A stretch of DNA of 64,000 bases. Source: an uncultured Gemmatimonadota bacterium. GTDB taxonomy: Bacteria > Gemmatimonadota > Gemmatimonadetes > Palauibacterales > Palauibacteraceae. Each line of letters opens with the position of its first letter. Within the stretch, counting starts at the first letter, position 1. Under the pieces are notes generated by a model. That model saw nothing but the letters and a program-made list of their open reading frames with translations, searched no databases and had not been told where the DNA came from. The stretch lies in the NCBI GenBank assembly GCA_964602635.1, contig CAZRRU010000091.1, positions 54-64,053 of the forward strand. Reading direction: 5' to 3'. The translations under genes and the position numbers were made by a program. Positions 23,803 through 31,793 of the stretch are shown here, in pieces.

Positions 23803-24864
23803 GTGCGTGAACCGCGGAAGCCAGCGCCGGAGGACCCCGTGAGTCTTGCGGCTGACCGTCGTCTGGCCACCCTCGTCGACCGCGGCGAAGTTGAGGGCGT
23901 GTTCTTCTTTTACGGGGATGCGGAGCGTCTTCGAGACGACGCAGCACGAGCCCTGGTGGAGGCGGCCGTCGATTCGGCGACTCGAGACTTCAATCTCGAC
24001 ACGTATCGCGCATCGGAAGTCAGCCCGGAGACGCTGGCCGCGTCACTGGCGATGCCACCGGTAATGGCTTCTCGGCGCGTGGTAGCCCTGTTCGGAGCGG
24101 AGCGCCTGACACCGACGGGGTGCACGGTGGTGCAGGATGTGCTCGACCGCACGCCGCCCGAGCTGACCCTCGTGGTGACGGCGACGATTCCCAAGGGTTC
24201 GCGCAAGGCGTTTTACCGGAAGATGAAGGAGGGGGCCGTCGCCCTGGAGTGGGCGGCTCCCCGGGATGCGGAAATACCGGGGTGGTTGATCGAGCGTGCT
24301 TCCGAGACCCACGGGATCGTCCTGGACGCGCGGGCCGCCGAGGCGCTGGCGGCGGCGGTCGGCTCCGACCTCGGCCTGCTCGAGTCCGAGCTGGAAAAAC
24401 TGGCTTCCACCGGAAGCGGGGAGCCGGTGACGGTCGAGCGGGTGGCCGAGCTCGTGCCCAACATCAGGCCCGTCAATCGGTGGGCGTGGCTCGATCTGGT
24501 CGCCGAACGCGACTACCGGGCGGCCCTGGCCGACTTGCCAACGCTCCTCTCGGCGCCCGACTCGAGCGCCGTGGGACTGATCAACGCGATGACGGATCAC
24601 CACGTGCTTCTCGGTATCGCGGCCGAGGGAGGCGCCGCCCTCCTGCAGCGCACCCTGGGCGAGGCGGGCAAACCGTACCTGAAGTTCAAAGTGCGCACGT
24701 TCACGAGTCAGTCGCGCCGCTGGACCGGCGAAGAGATCGACCAGGCTCTTCAGTTGCTGCGGCGGGCCGATTCCCGCGCCAAGACCACGGGGGGACGCGA
24801 CCGAGCCGTTCTCGAAGAACTCCTCCTCGGGTTGCAGGCCATGCACACGGGGCGGGGCTCGTGA
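23803..24864 (+). CDS. holA: DNA polymerase III delta subunit
   Basis: 353 aa with the HolA layout: FFFYGDAERL..., PPVMASRRVVAL, EIPGWLIERASETHGIVLDARAAEALAAAVGSDLGLLESELEKL. The start is GTG 23803 or GTG 23839. Confidence 0.8.
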   Translation: MREPRKPAPEDPVSLAADRRLATLVDRGEVEGVFFFYGDAERLRDDAARALVEAAVDSATRDFNLDTYRASEVSPETLAASLAMPPVMASRRVVALFGAERLTPTGCTVVQDVLDRTPPELTLVVTATIPKGSRKAFYRKMKEGAVALEWAAPRDAEIPGWLIERASETHGIVLDARAAEALAAAVGSDLGLLESELEKLASTGSGEPVTVERVAELVPNIRPVNRWAWLDLVAERDYRAALADLPTLLSAPDSSAVGLINAMTDHHVLLGIAAEGGAALLQRTLGEAGKPYLKFKVRTFTSQSRRWTGEEIDQALQLLRRADSRAKTTGGRDRAVLEELLLGLQAMHTGRGS

Positions 24865-25697
24865 TGCGCCCGGCGACGCGGTGGGGATGGCGGTCAGCCG
24901 CCTGGATGGTGCTTCTGCTGGCCCCCGGGGCCGCGCTGGCACCCCCGCTTTCCGCACAGTCGACGCAGGTTCTCGATTCCGTGGAACGCGCGGCGGATCT
25001 CGGTCAGGCCGACGAGGCACGCCGCGTGCTTGCCGAGTGGTTCGCCTCGCCTGGAGCCTCGGACCGGCGAGCCGACGTGGAGCGTGCCCGGTTTCTCAGA
25101 GCACGCCTGACGGCGGACCTGGATTCGGCCCGGGTCGACTACCTGTGGGTCGCCGTGCGCGGGGACTCGCGCTACGGCGCGGCGGCGAGACTCAGGCTGG
25201 CGCAGCTGTACGTCGCCGAGGGTCGCCTGGACCGGGCGGAAGCGGACCTGGCCAGGATGCGGGCAGACTTTCCGGGGAGTCCGCTCACCTTCACGTCCTG
25301 GCTGTGGACGGGCAACGTGCTGGCCGCCGCCGGGGACCGCGCCGGGGCCTGCGCCGCATGGGAGACCGCATCCTCGCTGCGTGGGACTCCCGCCGCTGAG
25401 TCGGATCGTGAGCTGGTTCGAGCAGCGCTGGAAAACTGCCGCAGCGACGGAGCGCCGGCCCTGACGGAAACGTTCTCCGTACAGCTCGGAGCTTTCGGCT
25501 CGCGCGAGACGGCGGAGGACGTTCGCAACCAGGTGGTGGCCTCCGGATCGAGCGCGCGCGTTCTCGAAGCTTCCGAACCAGGCGGGTTGTACAGGGTCCG
25601 CTCGGGCCGTTTCGCAGGCCGGGAGGAGGCGGCGCGCCATGCCGTGCGCCTCGCCGAGGCCGGCTTCGAGAGCATCGTCGTTCCGGAGGAGCCGTGA
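24864..25697 (+). CDS. Secreted TPR-like protein with a C-terminal SPOR (peptidoglycan-binding) domain
   Basis: This is the C-terminal part of track ORF 24120..25697. The ATG at 24864 shares a base with the holA TGA. The signal peptide is MRPATRWGWRSAAWMVLLLAPGAALAPPLSAQ. The SPOR-like end is FSVQLGAFGSRETAEDVRNQV...YRVRSGRFAGREEAARHAVRLAEAGFESIVV. Confidence 0.75.
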   Translation: MRPATRWGWRSAAWMVLLLAPGAALAPPLSAQSTQVLDSVERAADLGQADEARRVLAEWFASPGASDRRADVERARFLRARLTADLDSARVDYLWVAVRGDSRYGAAARLRLAQLYVAEGRLDRAEADLARMRADFPGSPLTFTSWLWTGNVLAAAGDRAGACAAWETASSLRGTPAAESDRELVRAALENCRSDGAPALTETFSVQLGAFGSRETAEDVRNQVVASGSSARVLEASEPGGLYRVRSGRFAGREEAARHAVRLAEAGFESIVVPEEP

Positions 25698-28270
25698 GCC
25701 GGGCTGCGGCCCACACGCCGCTCATCCAGCAGTACCTGGACATCAAGGCACGGCATCCCGACTCCATCCTCTTCTTCCGGGTCGGAGACTTCTACGAGAT
25801 GTTCTTCGAGGACGCGGAGGAAGGGAGCCGCCTGCTCGGAATCACCCTGACGTCGAGGAACAACGGGGGCTTCGGTGACGTCCCTCTGGCCGGCGTGCCC
25901 GCCAAAGCGATCGACGAGTATCTGCCGAAGCTCGTTCGGCAGGGCAGGCGGGTCGCCATCTGCGAGCAGGTGGAGGATCCGTCCGAGGCGGAAGGGATCG
26001 TCCGCCGGGAGGTGACGGAAATCGTGACACCAGGGGCTACCCTGGAGGACTCTCTCCTCAGCGCCGGCCGCAACAACTTCGTCGCGGCCATAGCCGGCGG
26101 CGACCCGGTGGGAATAGCCACGGCCGACCTGTCCACGGGCGAGGTGGAGGTGCGTGAGGTTGCGGCCGGAGCGCTGGCGGACGAGCTGACGCGTCTCGAG
26201 CCGGCGGAGGTCGTGGGAGCGTCGGATTCGAGCCTCGCGCTCGAGGGTCCATGGGTCCTCACGGAGCGGGAGGCGTGGCGCTTCGCGCCCGACGTGGCCG
26301 CCGAGGCCGTCAAGCGGATGTATCGAGTTCGGGATGTCTCGGGCTTCGGGCTTGAGGCTGGAGACGCGGCGCACATGCTGAGTGCCGTCGGGGCCGTGCT
26401 CGGCTACCTGGAGGAGGTCCGTCCCGGGGGAACCGGGCACCTCAAGGCCCCGCGGGTCGAACGATCGGGCCGCTACCTCCACCTGGACGAGATGACCCGG
26501 CGAAACCTCGAGGTGGTGGAGCCGATTCGGGACGAGGCGGGCGCGACGCTCCTCCAGGTGCTCGACCGGACGCTCACGCCAATGGGCCGCCGGATGTTGA
26601 GGCGTCGCCTCCTGGCTCCCCTGGTCGATCTGGCGGAGATCGAGGCTCGGCTGGAGGCGGTGGCCGAGCTGCACGCGTCGCCGGGGGACCGAAGGGCGAT
26701 GCGGGAATCGCTGCGGCACGTCCAGGATCTCGAGCGTCTAGCCGCCAAGATCTCTGCCGGGCGGGTCAATCCGCGGGAGCTTATCGCGCTAGCGAGGTCG
26801 CTCGACGCCCTTCCCGCCATCACCCGAGCGGTGGGCGACCCGGCCACGGCCCGCCTGCGGGCCCTTCTGCGGGACTTCGACGTGCTGGACGACGTTCGGG
26901 AGGCGGTCGAGGGTGCGATCGATCCGGAAGCGCCGGCCCTGATGTCGGGCGGTGGAGTGATCCGCCCCGGATACTCGGCCGAGCTGGACGAGTTGCGGGC
27001 GCTGCGCGAGGGCGCCGTGGACTGGATCGCCGGGTTGCAGCTGAGCGAACGCGAGAGCACGGGGATCGAGAGCCTCAAGATCGGATACAACAAGGTCTTC
27101 GGGTACTACATCGAGGTCACCCGCTCCAACCTGGCTCGCGTTCCGGATCGATACATCCGGAAACAGACGCTCACGAACGCCGAGCGGTACGTGACGCCGG
27201 AACTCAAGGAGTGGGAAGAGAAGATCCTGGACGCCGAAACCGGGATCGCCGCTGCGGAGAGCCGCCTGTTCATAGCACTCCGAGAGTCTCTACAGTCTGC
27301 CACGGGTCGGCTGCAGGACACGGCTGAACGCGTGGCGGAGCTGGACGTGCACGCGGCTCTCGCGGACGTGGCGGAGAGAAACGCGTACGTCCGGCCGGAG
27401 ATGAGCGCTGGCTTCGGTCTGGACATCCGGGCGGGAAGACATCCGGTGGTCGAGCAGGTGATCGCGCGGGAGGACTTCATCCCGAACGACGTGAAGCTGG
27501 ATCGCGATGCCTTCGCCATGATCCTCACGGGTCCGAACATGGCCGGTAAGTCCACGGTGCTCCGGCAGGTGGGATTGATCGCGCTCATGGCTCAGAGTGG
27601 GTCGTTCGTCCCGGCCGACTCCGCCCGCCTCGGCGTATGCGACAGGATCTTCACGCGCGTCGGGGCCTCCGACAGCCTGGCGCACGGGCAGAGCACGTTC
27701 ATGGTGGAAATGACGGAGACGGCCTCCATCCTGAGCGGAGCCACCGATCGAAGCCTGATCCTGCTGGACGAGATCGGGCGCGGTACCTCCACCTACGACG
27801 GCGTGGCGATCGCGTGGGCCGTCACGGAGTTCATTCACGACCGGATCGGTGCCCGCACGGTGTTCGCCACGCACTACCACGAACTCGTGGAGCTGGCGGA
27901 CCAGCTCGAGGGCGTCGCGGCCTGGAACGTGGCCGTGCGCGAGACGGGTGAGGATATCGTGTTCCTGCGGAGCCTCGAGCCCGGGGGGTGCGACCGCTCG
28001 TACGGCGTTCACGTCGCCCGGCTCGCCGGCGTGCCGCGCGAGGTGATCGAGCGAGCCTTCACCGTCCTCCACGAGCTGGAAGACGGGCCCGGAGGCGGGA
28101 CCCGCCTGAGTCACCTCGGGGAGCGCGAGCGCGGCCAGCTGACGCTGTTTGACCTGCGGCCGTCCCGACTGCTCGAGCGGCTTTCGGAGCTCGATCCGGA
28201 GCGAATGACACCGATCGAGGCGCTGGTGGCGCTGGAGGAGCTCCGCCGACTGTCGGAGGAGAAGGCGTGA
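25694..28270 (+). CDS. mutS: DNA mismatch repair protein MutS
   Basis: 858 aa. TPLIQQYLDIKARHPDSILFFRVGDFYEMFFEDA is at the N-terminus. The Walker A motif is GPNMAGKST, and STFMVEMTE is present. A GTGA overlap links it to the upstream gene. Confidence 0.97.
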   Translation: MSRAAAHTPLIQQYLDIKARHPDSILFFRVGDFYEMFFEDAEEGSRLLGITLTSRNNGGFGDVPLAGVPAKAIDEYLPKLVRQGRRVAICEQVEDPSEAEGIVRREVTEIVTPGATLEDSLLSAGRNNFVAAIAGGDPVGIATADLSTGEVEVREVAAGALADELTRLEPAEVVGASDSSLALEGPWVLTEREAWRFAPDVAAEAVKRMYRVRDVSGFGLEAGDAAHMLSAVGAVLGYLEEVRPGGTGHLKAPRVERSGRYLHLDEMTRRNLEVVEPIRDEAGATLLQVLDRTLTPMGRRMLRRRLLAPLVDLAEIEARLEAVAELHASPGDRRAMRESLRHVQDLERLAAKISAGRVNPRELIALARSLDALPAITRAVGDPATARLRALLRDFDVLDDVREAVEGAIDPEAPALMSGGGVIRPGYSAELDELRALREGAVDWIAGLQLSERESTGIESLKIGYNKVFGYYIEVTRSNLARVPDRYIRKQTLTNAERYVTPELKEWEEKILDAETGIAAAESRLFIALRESLQSATGRLQDTAERVAELDVHAALADVAERNAYVRPEMSAGFGLDIRAGRHPVVEQVIAREDFIPNDVKLDRDAFAMILTGPNMAGKSTVLRQVGLIALMAQSGSFVPADSARLGVCDRIFTRVGASDSLAHGQSTFMVEMTETASILSGATDRSLILLDEIGRGTSTYDGVAIAWAVTEFIHDRIGARTVFATHYHELVELADQLEGVAAWNVAVRETGEDIVFLRSLEPGGCDRSYGVHVARLAGVPREVIERAFTVLHELEDGPGGGTRLSHLGERERGQLTLFDLRPSRLLERLSELDPERMTPIEALVALEELRRLSEEKA

Positions 28271-28710
28271 GGCCGGCCGGCCGGCGCCAACCGGGCGCCC
28301 GGTGTCGCTTGTGGACGGCTGTCCTTTCGGCCACGCTGGTGTCCGGAGTGAGCGGCTGCGCTGACACCGTGAACCCGCAGGTGGGAGGGCTCAGGCTCGG
28401 AGTCCAGAACGCGCCTCTCAAGCCGCCGGTGCGGATCGACTCTCTGCACCCTTTCGAGTATCCATCCTCGGCCTGGTCGTATGGCGCCAGTGGGACGACC
28501 GTCCTCAAGATCCTGATCTCGGAGTCGGGTTCCGTGGATTCGGCCTTCGTGATCCAGTCCAGCGGCGACCGGGCTCTCGATTCGGCCGCGGTGGTCAATT
28601 CCCGGCAGCTCGAGTGGGAACCGGCCGAACAGGGGGGGGAGCCGATCCGCATCTGGGGAAGGCTGCCCGTCGTCTATCCAAGACCCGAGGAACGTCCCGA
28701 TGAGCCATAG
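28267..28710 (+). CDS. Lipoprotein consisting essentially of a TonB C-terminal (TonB_C) domain
   Basis: 147 aa with a GTGA overlap with mutS. The lipobox is LVSGVSGC. The TonB_C pattern is PFEYPSSAWSYGASGTTVLKILISESGSVDSAFVIQSSGDRALDSAAVVNSRQLEWEPA. Confidence 0.7.
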   Translation: MRPAGRRQPGARCRLWTAVLSATLVSGVSGCADTVNPQVGGLRLGVQNAPLKPPVRIDSLHPFEYPSSAWSYGASGTTVLKILISESGSVDSAFVIQSSGDRALDSAAVVNSRQLEWEPAEQGGEPIRIWGRLPVVYPRPEERPDEP

Positions 28711-29734
28711 ACCACATCCGAGACCGTACGACGATGTGCTCCAGACCATCGGGTGGACACCTCTCATCCGACTCAACCGGGTTACGGACGGAGCGCGCAC
28801 GCCGGTGTACCTGAAGGCCGAGTCGTTCAACCCCGGGGGTTCGGTGAAGGACCGGATCGGCGTGGCTCTGATCGAAGCGGCTGAGAAGGAGGGGCTGCTG
28901 CGGCCCGGAGGCACCATCGTCGAAGGCACCTCGGGTAACACCGGAATCGGCATCGCGGTAGCGGCGGCCGTGAAGGGCTATCGGTGTGTGTTCACCATAC
29001 CGGACAAGATGAGCGACGAGAAAGTCCGCCTCCTGCGCGCGTTCGGTGCGGAGGTCATCGTCACGCCCACGGTAGATCCGGATCATCCGCAGTACTATGC
29101 CACGGTAGCACGCCGCATCGCCGGCGAGACGCCGAATTCCTACCTGGCAGACCAGTTCTACAACCCGGTGAATCCGGAGGCGCACTACCTTACGACCGGT
29201 CCCGAGATCTGGGAGCAGACGGACGGCCGGGTCACGCACTTCGTGGCGTCCCCGGGTACCGGCGGGACGATCAGCGGTGCCGGGCGGTTTCTCAAGGAGA
29301 TGGACCCCACCATACGTGTGATCGCCGGCGATCCCGAAGGGTCCGTGTTCGAGCGGTACTCGCGGACGGGCGAGATCGGAGAGGGAACCCCGTACAAGGT
29401 CGAGGGCATCGGGAACGACAAGCTCCCCGGCACTCTCCACTTCGAGTGGATCGACGAGTTTCGCACGGTCGGTGACCACACTGCCTTCCACATGGCGCGT
29501 CGCATTACGCGAGAAGAAGGTATGTTCGTCGGCGGTTCCACCGGGTTGATCGTGCATATAGCGGCGGACGTCGCCCGAGAGGTGGACGATCCGGACGCGT
29601 GCGTGGTGGCCATCCTGTGTGACACGGGCGAGCGCTACCTGTCGAAGGTGTTCAACGACGAGTGGCTGGAGGCGAACGGTATGGGCGACCTGGTTGACCG
29701 TCCGTCGGGGGTTGCAGGGCGCGATCATGAGTGA
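28700..29734 (+). CDS. PLP-dependent cysteine synthase / cystathionine beta-synthase family protein
   Basis: 344 aa. The PLP-lysine region is LKAESFNPGGSVKDRIG, followed by GTSGNTGIGIA. The protein has no CBS-pair tail. Confidence 0.85.
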   Translation: MSHRPHPRPYDDVLQTIGWTPLIRLNRVTDGARTPVYLKAESFNPGGSVKDRIGVALIEAAEKEGLLRPGGTIVEGTSGNTGIGIAVAAAVKGYRCVFTIPDKMSDEKVRLLRAFGAEVIVTPTVDPDHPQYYATVARRIAGETPNSYLADQFYNPVNPEAHYLTTGPEIWEQTDGRVTHFVASPGTGGTISGAGRFLKEMDPTIRVIAGDPEGSVFERYSRTGEIGEGTPYKVEGIGNDKLPGTLHFEWIDEFRTVGDHTAFHMARRITREEGMFVGGSTGLIVHIAADVAREVDDPDACVVAILCDTGERYLSKVFNDEWLEANGMGDLVDRPSGVAGRDHE

Positions 29735-30764
29735 ATCGATGCGAGTGGCCGTCGTCCTCGGAGGGACGAACGAAGAGCGCAACGTATCTCTCGCCTCCGG
29801 TCGAGCCGTGGTGGCCGCACTCCGCGAGCGCGGCCACGAGGTGGTCGCGGTGGACCCCGCGCACGGAGCGATCCTGCCGGAAGAGGAATCCCATATGCTT
29901 GGCGGGGCGGTCGGTGTGGACCCCCCCGGGCTCGACGAGCTGGCTCGGCTCGGTACCTCTTGGGTAGGAGCGGCGCTGGCCGAGCTGCCGGCCGTCCGGC
30001 GGGCCGATGTCGTGTTCCTGGCGCTGCACGGGGAGTTCGGGGAGGACGGTACGGTCCAGGGACTGCTCGACCTGGCCGGGGTGGCGTATACGGGCAGCGG
30101 GTGCCTGGGAAGCGCCGTTGCGTTCGACAAGAGAATCTCGAAGGAGCTGCTGGCTCACGAGGGCGTTCCTACCCCCGCCTGGACGCCATCCTCGGCGACG
30201 TCAGCCGAGATCGTGGAGGTCCTCGGCCTTCCCCTCGTGGTGAAGCCGGCATCGGGGGGATCGAGCGTGGGTCTGACTGTGGTGCGGGCGGCGGAGCAGC
30301 TGGGGCCGGCGCTGGCGCTGGCGGCCAGGTACGACGACGACGTGCTGTGCGAGGAATTCGTGCCGGGGCGCGAGCTGACGGTGGCGATCCTCGAAGGCGA
30401 AGCGCTTCCGCCGGTGGAAATCATCCCGAGTCACGACATCTACGACTACGAGTGCAAGTACACGGCGGGGATGTCCCAGTACGACGCTCCGGCCGACCTG
30501 TCTCCCGCCGAGACGACCCGCCTGCAGGACCTCGCGGTGCGGGCCTACGCGGCGCTCCGCCAGACGTCATACAGTCGCGTGGATTTCAAAAGGATGGACG
30601 ACGGGTCGTTGCGGTGTCTGGAGGCGAACAGCCTGCCCGGCCTCACGGCGACCAGCCTGGTGCCGAAGGCGGCGGCCGCCGCGGGGATCGAGTTTCCCGA
30701 GCTGTGCGAGCGCATTGCCCGATCGGCGGTTTCGCGGGCGAAGCGGGATCCGGGGCGCGCCTGA
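29727..30764 (+). CDS. ddl: D-alanine--D-alanine ligase
   Basis: This is the C-terminal part of track ORF 29619..30764, starting at ATG 29727 (MSESMRVAVVLGGTNEERNVSLASG). ATP-grasp motifs are present (LPLVVKPASGGSSVGLTVV, EANSLPGLT). Confidence 0.9.
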   Translation: MSESMRVAVVLGGTNEERNVSLASGRAVVAALRERGHEVVAVDPAHGAILPEEESHMLGGAVGVDPPGLDELARLGTSWVGAALAELPAVRRADVVFLALHGEFGEDGTVQGLLDLAGVAYTGSGCLGSAVAFDKRISKELLAHEGVPTPAWTPSSATSAEIVEVLGLPLVVKPASGGSSVGLTVVRAAEQLGPALALAARYDDDVLCEEFVPGRELTVAILEGEALPPVEIIPSHDIYDYECKYTAGMSQYDAPADLSPAETTRLQDLAVRAYAALRQTSYSRVDFKRMDDGSLRCLEANSLPGLTATSLVPKAAAAAGIEFPELCERIARSAVSRAKRDPGRA

Positions 30765-31687
30765 TGGGTTTCGCGGACCGAAGGTACGATTCGCGCCGCC
30801 CACGCGGCTACGGCGGCGGCGGGTACAGCGGTCCGAGTGGAGGGGCCGGTCTGTTCGGCTATTCGCTCACTCCATGGGTCAAGCGGCTTCTCATCGCGAA
30901 CTTCGTGGTCTTTCTCGCGATCAGCGTGCTCGGCCTGCTGCCTTTCAGGTGGGCGGTGGACACCCTCGGGTTCTCGACTCCGGACCTCCTCAGGCACCCG
31001 TGGTCGCCCGTTACATACATGTTCGTGCACGCGAACTTCGGGCACATCTTCTTCAACATGCTGATCCTGTTCTTCTTCGGTCCCCCGCTCGAACGGGCCT
31101 GGGGAGGACGCGAGTTCCTGAAGTTCTACCTGTTGTGCGGGGTGGGCGCCGCTCTGACCTCGGTGCTGCTGTACCGATGGATAGGACCGGTCCTGGTGAT
31201 CGGGGCGTCGGGCGCGTTGATGGGGGTGATGCTCGCATTCGCCATGAATTGGCCGGACGCGCGCGTGCTTCTGTGGTTCGTGATACCGGTCAAGGTGAAG
31301 TACCTGGTGGGGGTCATGATCGTCTTCGATCTTCTCGCAACTCGCTCCGCCCTGGGCGGGCAGGCCGGAGGAGGGGTGGCCACCTGGGCGCATCTCGGAG
31401 GCGCCGCGACTGCGTGGATCTACCTCCGGTACGGGGACCGGATCGAGGCCAGGCTGCGCCGCATGAACCCGAGGCGGGCACACATCGGCGTCGAGAGGGG
31501 CAGGAAGGCAACCGGCGAAAGCCGCCATGCCGGCAAGCGCCGCCGGGACCGACCGGTGGATGGCGATACGCTGGATGAAGTGGATCGCATTCTGGACAAG
31601 ATCCGCGACTCCGGCATCGAGTCGTTGACGGCCAAGGAGAGAGAGTATCTGGACGAAATGAGTCGTCGTTACCGCGGTCCCGCCTGA
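30764..31687 (+). CDS. Rhomboid family intramembrane serine protease with a basic/helical C-terminal tail
   Basis: This is the C-terminal part of track ORF 29960..31687. The ATG at 30764 shares a base with the ddl TGA. Rhomboid motifs are present: HANFGHIFFNM, GASGALMGV (catalytic Ser) and AHLGGA (catalytic His). Confidence 0.85.
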   Translation: MGFADRRYDSRRPRGYGGGGYSGPSGGAGLFGYSLTPWVKRLLIANFVVFLAISVLGLLPFRWAVDTLGFSTPDLLRHPWSPVTYMFVHANFGHIFFNMLILFFFGPPLERAWGGREFLKFYLLCGVGAALTSVLLYRWIGPVLVIGASGALMGVMLAFAMNWPDARVLLWFVIPVKVKYLVGVMIVFDLLATRSALGGQAGGGVATWAHLGGAATAWIYLRYGDRIEARLRRMNPRRAHIGVERGRKATGESRHAGKRRRDRPVDGDTLDEVDRILDKIRDSGIESLTAKEREYLDEMSRRYRGPA

Positions 31688-31733
31688 AGCGCGGAGCGCC
31701 CCTTTCCACAGAGCGACGTCTTTTCTACTATGT

Positions 31734-31758
31734 GGCCCCCCGCCACGCGGCGGGGGCC
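31734..31758 (+). terminator. GC-rich hairpin (GGCCCCCCGCC-ACGC-GGCGGGGGCC) after the rhomboid gene; possible terminator without a clear T-tract
   Basis: The inverted repeat is read directly from the sequence and lies 47 nt after the stop at 31687. No U-run follows it, so intrinsic termination is uncertain. Confidence 0.3.
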
Positions 31759-31793
31759 GTTGGACGTGAACCCCCGACAGGAGGTGAGGTGCG

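Noticed and set aside
24120-24863. Upstream halves of track ORFs 24120..25697, 29619..30764, 29960..31687, 36773..37924, 40707..41603, 41708..42661, 42175..43989, 43932..45014 and 47695..50037
   Set aside because: In each case the upstream part overlaps the preceding real gene in another frame and reads as Arg/Gly/Pro-rich filler. The recognisable protein starts at an internal ATG, GTG or TTG close to the upstream stop.
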